This document shows, one piece after another, positions 25,576 through 32,000 of a DNA stretch of 32,000 nt (positions are counted from its first letter, which is position 1; each line of letters begins with the position of its first letter). The DNA comes from Opitutia bacterium KCR 482 (GTDB lineage: Bacteria > Verrucomicrobiota > Verrucomicrobiia > Opitutales > Intestinicryptomonadaceae): positions 1,590,001 through 1,622,000 of the forward strand of contig CP149973.1 of the NCBI GenBank assembly GCA_029269845.2, given 5' to 3'. The translations under genes were made by a program, and so were the position numbers. The notes under the pieces were generated by a model. It was not told the DNA's origin and searched no databases. It was given only the letters and a program-made list of their open reading frames with translations.

Positions 25576-26369
25576 GATTCGGGGAAATGGTTTATAAATT
25601 TTCCGCCCGCCGTTTCAAGCGGATTTTTCATGCAGGCGAGTATGTATTTCTGCGCGTTTTTGCAGGCGTCGGCGAGGCTTTCTCCCTTCGCCAAATTTGC
25701 GGCAATCGCCGCGCTCAGGGTGCAGCCGCTTCCGTGGGTGTTCACGCCAGAGACGCGTTTGGATTTTATCTCGATAGTTTCGCCGCCGACGCTTGCGAGA
25801 ATGTCGGAGATGTCGTCGCCCGCGCCGTGTCCGCCTTTGAGCAAAACGGAAGTTCCGAACATGTCGCGGAGCTTCCGCGCGGCGTCGGCGGCGTTTGCGA
25901 TTTTCCCCGCGCCGAGCAGAGCCGCGCCCTCGTCGAGGTTCGGGGTAATGAGCGCCGCAATCGGCAGAAGCCGTTTTTTCAGCGATTTCACCGCGTCGTC
26001 TTTAAGCAGTTTTGCGCCGCTTGTGGAAATCATCACGGGGTCGGCCACGAGCGAAATTTCGGGGTGTTCGGAAAAGAAGTCGGCGGCTGTCGCAACTATA
26101 TCGGCGTCGAAAAGCATGCCCGTTTTCGCCGCCTGCGGTTTGTAAAAGCGGCAAACGGCGTCGAGCTGGGCGCGGAGCATGGGGGCGTCGGGCGAGCTTG
26201 CGGCGTAGACGCCGCCGGGGTTCTGCGCGGTAAGCGCGGCTATTGCCGTGCAGCCGTAGACGCCGTTTGCGGCAAAGGTCAGCAAATCGGCCTGTATTCC
26301 CGCGCCGCCGCCCGAATCGCTTCCCGCCACGCTCAACGCGCACGCGTGTTTTGTTCTTTCCTTTGACAT
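25572..26369 (-). CDS. thiD: hydroxymethylpyrimidine/phosphomethylpyrimidine kinase
   Basis: [19 protein letters not shown] and [13 protein letters not shown] motifs. An alternative ATG at 26390 adds 7 residues. I prefer 26369 because of the candidate promoter geometry, but this is uncertain. Confidence 0.85.
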   Translation of the reverse strand: MSKERTKHACALSVAGSDSGGGAGIQADLLTFAANGVYGCTAIAALTAQNPGGVYAASSPDAPMLRAQLDAVCRFYKPQAAKTGMLFDADIVATAADFFSEHPEISLVADPVMISTSGAKLLKDDAVKSLKKRLLPIAALITPNLDEGAALLGAGKIANAADAARKLRDMFGTSVLLKGGHGAGDDISDILASVGGETIEIKSKRVSGVNTHGSGCTLSAAIAANLAKGESLADACKNAQKYILACMKNPLETAGGKFINHFPES

Positions 26370-26380
26370 TTTTATTCCGC

Positions 26381-26409
26381 AATATTGCATTGTTTGACAA
26401 TTTTTTCAA
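26381..26409 (-). promoter_or_regulatory. candidate sigma70-like promoter TTGAAA-17 nt-AATATT for thiD
   Basis: The minus-strand read is TTGAAA AAATTGTCAAACAATGC AATATT. Consensus matching by eye; the host sigma specificity is unknown. Confidence 0.25.
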
Positions 26410-26466
26410 GAATGCTTTGATACATTTAAGAAAGGGCGGAAACAGCTCCGCCCGCAAATCGCCGAT

Positions 26467-27822
26467 ATGCCGGACAACTCAATAGACCTGCCCTTCGACA
26501 CCCCCGCCGAAAAAGCTGCGGAGGACTCCGTGCCCGTGTCCGCGCCGCTTGCGGTGCGCATGCGTCCGCGCGCGCTGTCGGAGGTCGTGGGGCACGCGCA
26601 CATACTTGGCAAAGGCTGCCTGTTGCCGCGGCTGATAGAGTCGGACAATTTCGGCTCGCTGATTTTCTACGGGCCGCCCGGCTGCGGAAAAACGACCCTT
26701 GCGGGGGTCATAGCGCGGGAGACGAAATCGCGCTTCGTGAAAATAAACGCGGTGCTTTCGAACGTTGCGCAGCTGCGCGACATTCTCTCCGAAGCCCGCT
26801 ACCGCAGGCGCGAGCGCACGATTCTTTTCATCGACGAAATCCACCGCTTCAACAAGTCGCAGCAAGACCTTCTTCTGCCCGACGTGGAGGAGGGCAACGT
26901 GAGGCTTATCGGCGCGACAACCCAAAACCCCGGCTTTTACATCAACGCGCCGCTGCTTTCGCGTAGCCACCTGTTCAAGCTCGATCCGCTCGGCTTGGAC
27001 GACATCGTGGCGGTGCTCCGCCGCGCGCTTTCCGACCGCGCGAGGGGGCTGGGCGAAATGGAGATTTCCGCCGAAGATTCGGTGCTTTCGGGCATAGCGT
27101 CCGTTTGCGACGGCGACCTACGCCGCGCCCTCAACGCGCTCGAAACGATAGCGTTTGCCGTCGGCGGGCGCGGAACGATAGGCGAGCCGGACATCGAGGT
27201 TTTCGCGAAGGAGCGGCGCGTGCGCTACGACGCCGACGAAGACGAGCACTACGACACGATTTCGGCGTTCATCAAAAGCGTCCGCGGTTGCGACCCCGAC
27301 GCGGCGATGTACTGGCTTGCAAAAATGCTCGTCGGCGGCGAAGACCCGCGGTTTATCGCCCGCAGGCTGCTGATTTTGGCGAGCGAAGACGTAGGTCTTG
27401 CGGACTCGCGCGGAATTCTTGTCGCAAACGCGGCGTTCGACGCATGCGAGCGCGTGGGGCAGCCCGAATGCGAGCTTAACCTTGCCCACGCCACGCTTTT
27501 TCTGGCGACCGCCCCCAAGAGCAATTCCGCAACGAACGCGCTTTTCGCCGCAAAGGCGGAGGTCAAAAACAAGCCCGTTCAGCCCGTTCCGCTCCATTTG
27601 CGCGACGCCCACACTTCGACGAACCGCAAGTTCGGCAACGGCGCAGAATACGTCTACAACCACGACTGCCCCGATTTCATCAGCGGGCAGGATTATCTTG
27701 AAAAAAACGTAAAATTGTACAACCCTACAAACTACGGTTCCGAAAAACAAATCGCCGAACGCCTGCAAGGCTTTCGCGAAATAAAACGAAGGATACAAAA
27801 TGCGGGAAAATCTAAACGATAG
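26467..27822 (+). CDS. rarA: replication-associated recombination protein A (AAA+ ATPase)
   Basis: 451 aa with Walker [12 protein letters not shown], Walker [13 protein letters not shown] and the C-terminal MgsA-type domain ([27 protein letters not shown]). Confidence 0.9.
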   Translation: MPDNSIDLPFDTPAEKAAEDSVPVSAPLAVRMRPRALSEVVGHAHILGKGCLLPRLIESDNFGSLIFYGPPGCGKTTLAGVIARETKSRFVKINAVLSNVAQLRDILSEARYRRRERTILFIDEIHRFNKSQQDLLLPDVEEGNVRLIGATTQNPGFYINAPLLSRSHLFKLDPLGLDDIVAVLRRALSDRARGLGEMEISAEDSVLSGIASVCDGDLRRALNALETIAFAVGGRGTIGEPDIEVFAKERRVRYDADEDEHYDTISAFIKSVRGCDPDAAMYWLAKMLVGGEDPRFIARRLLILASEDVGLADSRGILVANAAFDACERVGQPECELNLAHATLFLATAPKSNSATNALFAAKAEVKNKPVQPVPLHLRDAHTSTNRKFGNGAEYVYNHDCPDFISGQDYLEKNVKLYNPTNYGSEKQIAERLQGFREIKRRIQNAGKSKR

Positions 27823-27844
27823 CGGAGAACCCCAAACCTCCACA

Positions 27845-28288
27845 ATGCGGATAACAAGAAGGGTGGAGCTTAACTTCTGGCGCACCTGCCTGCTCAACGC
27901 GGCGGGGCTGTCGCTGGCGTGGCTTACGACGCCGTCGATTCAGTTCCACAACATTCTCGCGTTCGGGCTGCTTGTGGTGCTCATATGGTTTCTGAACTGG
28001 ATTCTCAAACCCGTGCTCGTGCTTTTTGCGCTGCCGTTTATAATTTTTACAATCGGCGTCGGAATGCTTTTCATCAACGCGTTCATCATATATTTCGCCG
28101 CGCGGCTTATCCCCGGCGACGACATAATAGTAGGCTCGTACTGGGCGGCGTTGTGGGCTTCGTTTCTCGTGTCCGTGCTCTCGTGGGGGTTTGCGCTTGC
28201 GCGGAGCGAGCGCATAACGGTGCGCACTTTTGTGCAGAACAAAAAAGACCCCGAAAAGTCGGATAACGACGACGTTATCGATGTCTAA
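27845..28288 (+). CDS. DUF360 / phage-holin-4_2-like small membrane protein
   Basis: About 147 aa from ATG 27845 (an alternative ATG at 27800 overlaps rarA by 23 nt). Four hydrophobic segments and an acidic tail. FLNWILKPVLVLFALPFIIFTIGVGMLFINA resembles the DUF360 family. Confidence 0.6.
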   Translation: MRITRRVELNFWRTCLLNAAGLSLAWLTTPSIQFHNILAFGLLVVLIWFLNWILKPVLVLFALPFIIFTIGVGMLFINAFIIYFAARLIPGDDIIVGSYWAALWASFLVSVLSWGFALARSERITVRTFVQNKKDPEKSDNDDVIDV

Positions 28289-28958
28289 TAAAACCATGTT
28301 CGGAAAATCGGCATTTTTTACGGTATTGGCGGCGTGCGCGTGCGCGTCGGGGCTTTGGGCGCAGTCGTTCGGCGACGCTCCGAAAACAAAATATTCGGCG
28401 TTCTCGCAGGTGTTTGCGGACGTCGTATTCTTCTCGCCCGAGCAGGCTCTCGAAGCGTATTCGGGCAGTTGGGGCGGAACGCAGTCGATTTCCGTCGGCG
28501 ACAGGCAGGTCGCGACGGCGGTCGTGGAGCAGAACTACTACCCGTCGCGCGACGTTTCGATGCTCAAACTCGTCGGAAGCGGCAAGCTCATGGGCGCGGG
28601 CGCGACAGTCCCGACCCGCTGCTACATGTACGTCGAAAACGGCAAACTGCGCCTCGACATTAAAACCGCCGACGACTTGGTCGTGCCCTATTCGGGAATC
28701 GTCGAAGACAACAGGGTAATCTGGGTTCCGTACTACGGCTTTTTCCTCTACGACGTGCAGACCGACACTTTCTCGAACTCGCCCGACGGGCTTCGCATAG
28801 ACTCGCGCGGCGAGAAATTCGTATCGCTGCCCGTGTTCACGGGAATCATGGAGATTGACTCTGTGCTTGTGCGCAGCGCGTCCGCGTACTCGGCAAACAA
28901 GGTCAGAACTTCGCGCAACGCAAAGTTCGAGTTCCCGACCTCCAAAATGCAGGACTGA
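28281..28958 (+). CDS. secreted hypothetical protein
   Basis: ATG 28281 overlaps the DUF360 stop as ATGTCTAA. Signal peptide FFTVLAACACASGLWAQ. No domain recognised. Confidence 0.6.
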   Translation: MSNKTMFGKSAFFTVLAACACASGLWAQSFGDAPKTKYSAFSQVFADVVFFSPEQALEAYSGSWGGTQSISVGDRQVATAVVEQNYYPSRDVSMLKLVGSGKLMGAGATVPTRCYMYVENGKLRLDIKTADDLVVPYSGIVEDNRVIWVPYYGFFLYDVQTDTFSNSPDGLRIDSRGEKFVSLPVFTGIMEIDSVLVRSASAYSANKVRTSRNAKFEFPTSKMQD

Positions 28959-28989
28959 TTCGTTTCCCGCTTTCAACGCGTCCGCCACC

Positions 28990-31509
28990 ATGCGCGAGCT
29001 TCCCGTAGATTCGCTGAAACCCGCCCTCCAAGCCGCGCTTGCGCGGGGCGGGCGAAGGCTTGTCGTGTCCGCGCCGACGGGTTCGGGCAAATCAACGCGC
29101 CTGCCCGTAATGCTTCTCGAAAGCCTCGGCGGGCGCGTGCTTGTCTTGCAGCCTCGGCGCGTGGCGGCGCGAATGCTCGCAAAGGGCGTTTCGTCGATTT
29201 TCGGCATGGGCGATTCCGTCGGCTGGCACGTCAGGTTCGACAAACACTACGGCGACGACACGAAAATCGTCTTCCTCACCGAGGGCATTCTCGCTCGAAT
29301 GCTGCTTTCGGACCCCGAATTGCGGGGCGTTTCCGCCGTGTTTTTCGACGAATTCCACGAGCGCAACATCTACGCCGACGTGTCGCTTGCGCTCGCGCTG
29401 AGAACGCAGAAAAACCTGCGCCCCGACTTGGCGATAGCGGTCTGCTCCGCCTCGATGGATTCCGACGCGATTTCCGCGTATTTGGGAGGCGCGGAAAAAT
29501 TCGAGTGCGGCACGCGGCTTTTCCCCGTCGAGACCGAATACGCGCCGCCGAAGGACAGGGACTCCAAAATTTGGGACTGCGCCGCCCGCGAGTTCGACAG
29601 GCTTGCGCGGGAGGAGTCCGACGGCAGTTTTCTTATTTTCATGCCGGGGGTTTACGAGATAAACAAGACCGTCGCGAAAATTTCGGCAAGCCCGCGCTCG
29701 AAGGGCTTTGACGTGTTCGCGCTCCACGGCGATTTGCCGCCCGAACGGCAGGACAGAATCCTCGCCGACACGGGCAGGCGCAAGGTGATTGTGGCGACAA
29801 ACGTCGCCGAGACATCGCTTACGATAGAGGGCGTGCGCTTCGTCATAGATTCGGGGCTTGCGCGCGTGGCGCGGTTCGACCCGAACAGGGGCGTCAACAC
29901 CCTGCTGTGCGAGCGCATAAGCCTTGCGAGCGCGACGCAGCGGGCGGGGCGCGCGGGCAGAACGGCGGCTGGGCGCGTCGTCAAGCTTTGGCGGAAGGGA
30001 GACGAGGAGTATTTCGAAAAATACACGCCGTCGGAAATCTCGCGGCTCGACATCTCGCAGATTCTGCTCTGGCTTTCGGCGGCGGGCGTCTCGCTCGACT
30101 CCCTCGACCTCTTCGAAAAACCGCCGACGGAGTCGCTAATCCGCGCGGCGGCGACGCTCAAAACACTCGGCGCAACCGACTCGCTCGGGCGCATTACAAA
30201 GCTCGGCCGCGACATGGCGTCGTTCCCGACCGAGCCGCGCTACGCAAAGCTTTTGATTGACGGCGCGCGCTCGAACTGCCTGCGCAAAACCGCGCTCATC
30301 GCGGCTCTTACGGACGTCGGGCGCGTGAAGATTCAGCTTTCCGACGCGTTCGCCGAGGCGGAGCGCGACGCGCTTGTGGGCGACGCAAAAAGCGAGCCCG
30401 AGGAAAACGCGCGGCTTTGCGAAATCGCAAAGGAAAACTCCTTTGCGGAGGATTTTTGCAGGCGGCTCGGAATCCACTCCGCGAACGCCCGCAAGGCTTT
30501 TTACGTGGCCTCCGACTTGGCGCGGCTCGCCCGCAGGTTCGAAAATCCCGACGGCGCGGGCGATTTCGAAATCGCCAAATGCGTGCTCGGCGCGTTCTCC
30601 GACATGGTTGGCGTGCGCCTCAACAAGGGCACTCTCGCGTGCAGGTTTTCGGGCGGCAGGCGAGGCGAAATTTGCAGGGAAAGCCGCGCGTACGCCTCCG
30701 ACGTGTTCGTCGCCCTCGACATGAGCGAGCGCAACGTCGCGGGGGGAGTTTCGATAATGGCGTCGTCTGTCGTGCCGGTTTCGCGCGGGCTTCTCGCCGA
30801 GCTTTTCCCCGACGATTTTTCCGAGACTGTGGAAACGAAATTCGACGAAATCCACAAGCGCGTGGTGTCGTCGTCTTCCGTGAAATTTCGCGACTTGGTT
30901 TTGTCGGAATCGTCGTGCGGGCGCGTCGACGCGGACGCCGCGGCGAAGATTCTGCGCGGGGAAATAGAGTCGGGGCGTCTGCGCCTCAAAAACATGGACG
31001 AGGGCGCGGAGGAGTTCATTGAGCGCGTGAATTTTGCGGCGGCGGTCTGCCCCGAAAGCGGAATCGCGCCGATAGACGACGCGGCGAAGTCGGAGATAAT
31101 TTTGCAGATGTGCTGCGGGCTTACGTCCTACGCGGAGGTCAAAAACGCCGACGTCCACGCCGCCCTGCGCGACTGGCTTTCGGCGGGACAGCTTGCGCTG
31201 CTGAAATACCTCGTCCCGAAGACCGTCGAATTTCCGCGCAGAAAAAGGCCGTGCCAGATACGCTACGACGCGTCCGCGCGCCGCGCGACGGTGTCGTCGT
31301 TTTTCAGGGATTTCTTCGATTTCGACCCCAAGAAAATCAAAATCTGCGACGGCAAAATAAAGCCCACTTTCGAGCTTCTCGCACCGAGCGGGCGTCCAGT
31401 GCAGACTACGCAGAACTTGGAGGAGTTTTGGCAGACTTCGTGGGCTGCCGTCAAAAAGGAGCTGAAAGCCCGCTACCCCAAGCATTTTAAGCCCGACGAC
31501 CCCCACTGA
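28990..31509 (+). CDS. hrpB: ATP-dependent DEAH-box helicase HrpB
   Basis: The internal ATG at 28990 of track ORF 28855..31509 gives MRELPVDSLKPALQAAL...SAPTGSGKST (839 aa). DEFHER box, QRAGRAGR motif VI and a C-terminal HrpB-type domain. Confidence 0.9.
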   Translation: MRELPVDSLKPALQAALARGGRRLVVSAPTGSGKSTRLPVMLLESLGGRVLVLQPRRVAARMLAKGVSSIFGMGDSVGWHVRFDKHYGDDTKIVFLTEGILARMLLSDPELRGVSAVFFDEFHERNIYADVSLALALRTQKNLRPDLAIAVCSASMDSDAISAYLGGAEKFECGTRLFPVETEYAPPKDRDSKIWDCAAREFDRLAREESDGSFLIFMPGVYEINKTVAKISASPRSKGFDVFALHGDLPPERQDRILADTGRRKVIVATNVAETSLTIEGVRFVIDSGLARVARFDPNRGVNTLLCERISLASATQRAGRAGRTAAGRVVKLWRKGDEEYFEKYTPSEISRLDISQILLWLSAAGVSLDSLDLFEKPPTESLIRAAATLKTLGATDSLGRITKLGRDMASFPTEPRYAKLLIDGARSNCLRKTALIAALTDVGRVKIQLSDAFAEAERDALVGDAKSEPEENARLCEIAKENSFAEDFCRRLGIHSANARKAFYVASDLARLARRFENPDGAGDFEIAKCVLGAFSDMVGVRLNKGTLACRFSGGRRGEICRESRAYASDVFVALDMSERNVAGGVSIMASSVVPVSRGLLAELFPDDFSETVETKFDEIHKRVVSSSSVKFRDLVLSESSCGRVDADAAAKILRGEIESGRLRLKNMDEGAEEFIERVNFAAAVCPESGIAPIDDAAKSEIILQMCCGLTSYAEVKNADVHAALRDWLSAGQLALLKYLVPKTVEFPRRKRPCQIRYDASARRATVSSFFRDFFDFDPKKIKICDGKIKPTFELLAPSGRPVQTTQNLEEFWQTSWAAVKKELKARYPKHFKPDDPH

Positions 31510-31557
31510 GCATTTCGGCGCATGCGGGTTTCCGCCAAAATTTCGGCGCGGAATGGG

Positions 31558-32000
31558 CTACGAGAGCGCGACAAACAGGCACATGACCACGAATATCAGC
31601 CACGTGGTTCTGCGTATTTCCCCTGCGCGTTTTTTCGCCACAAGAATGAGCGTGTAGGCTATGATTCCGAACGCGAAGCCCTCCGAAATTTTAAAGGTCA
31701 ACGCCATTATCATCATGCAAAAAAACGTGGGGATAACTTCGTCGAGGTCGTCGAATTTCAGGTCTTTTAGCCCCTGCATCATCATGATTCCAACGAGCAC
31801 GAGCGCGGGGGCGGTCGCCGCGGCGGGGATTGCGTTTATGAGCGGCGATATGAACAGCGAAAGCAGGAAGAGCGCGGCTACGACAAGCGGCACAATTCCC
31901 GTGCGCCCGCCCGCCTCTATGCCCGCGGCGGACTCGACATACGCGCCCGTCGTGGAAGTTCCCAGCATCGCGCCGCCGATTGTCGCGGTTGCGTCGGCTA
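31558..32000 (-). CDS. NCS2/AzgA-type purine (guanine/hypoxanthine) permease, C-terminal part; N-terminus outside the window
   Basis: The frame stays open upstream of the track's ATG at 31968 (my read: ...ADATATIGGAMLGTSTTGAYVESAAGI...). YVESAAG and the following TM segments are typical of AzgA/PbuG-like permeases. Confidence 0.75.
   Translation of the reverse strand, partial: ADATATIGGAMLGTSTTGAYVESAAGIEAGGRTGIVPLVVAALFLLSLFISPLINAIPAAATAPALVLVGIMMMQGLKDLKFDDLDEVIPTFFCMMIMALTFKISEGFAFGIIAYTLILVAKKRAGEIRRTTWLIFVVMCLFVALS

Noticed and set aside
26370-26466. Possible TPP riboswitch upstream of thiD, and a 7-bp hairpin GGGCGGA-AACAGC-TCCGCCC at 26434-26453
   Set aside because: The spacer is under 100 nt and lacks the conserved CUGAGA / ACCUGAUCUGGAUAAUGCCAGCG-like elements. 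On the minus strand the hairpin looks terminator-like, but there is no upstream minus-strand gene to terminate. It may just be rarA 5'-UTR structure.
28275-31506. Minus-strand ORFs 28275..29243 (322 aa) and 30136..31506 (456 aa)
   Set aside because: Antisense to the secreted protein and hrpB. Arg-rich and without domains, whereas hrpB has canonical helicase motifs.
31512-31549. 10-nt direct repeat ATTTCGGCGC (31512-31521 and 31540-31549) between hrpB and the permease; it shares TTCGGCGCG with the 23-mer repeat
   Set aside because: It is short and G+C-rich. A 9-10-mer recurrence is near chance expectation in this composition, so I do not treat it as related to the 23-nt repeat.

Overview
High-G+C bacterial chromosome segment in seven strand blocks; I see no transposase, integrase, CRISPR array or rRNA. 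(1) Bases 1-16961 are a mosaic surface-glycan locus. It holds an EpsI-like gene at the edge and a minus-strand operon of a PglC-type initiating phosphoglycosyl transferase, acyl carrier protein, short ANL ligase and SDR. A plus-strand trio follows (ATP-grasp ligase, GNAT, fold-type-II PLP enzyme). Next comes an A/T-richer block with a pyruvyl transferase, an inverted Wzx flippase and an FrhB-like Fe-S protein. Last is a tightly coupled legionaminic-acid-type pathway (legB, legH, legI, legG, ptmE-like, legF) ending in a KpsS-like candidate transferase. No Wzy, chain-length regulator, ordinary GT2/GT4 glycosyltransferase or LegC-type aminotransferase is visible. (2) Bases 17165-19196 are a DUF2157-like membrane protein plus a degenerate GDYXXLXY protein; a 23-nt piece of the former recurs exactly in the neighbouring intergenic region. 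(3) Bases 19197-20024 are an A/T-rich stretch with a lipoprotein gene, a strong terminator and tRNA-Asn(GTT). (4) Bases 20025-23705 encode the three-step squalene route, with hpnD and hpnE fused into one 710-aa ORF and followed by an HpnG-like phosphorylase; no cyclase is in view. (5) The rest is housekeeping: tsaD, radC, thiD, rarA, a DUF360 membrane protein, a secreted hypothetical, hrpB and a partial purine permease. The best candidates for undescribed biology are the non-sugar decoration modules of the glycan locus, the FrhB-like/pyruvyl transferase pair and the hpnD-hpnE fusion. All family assignments come from motif reading by eye, not from searches.
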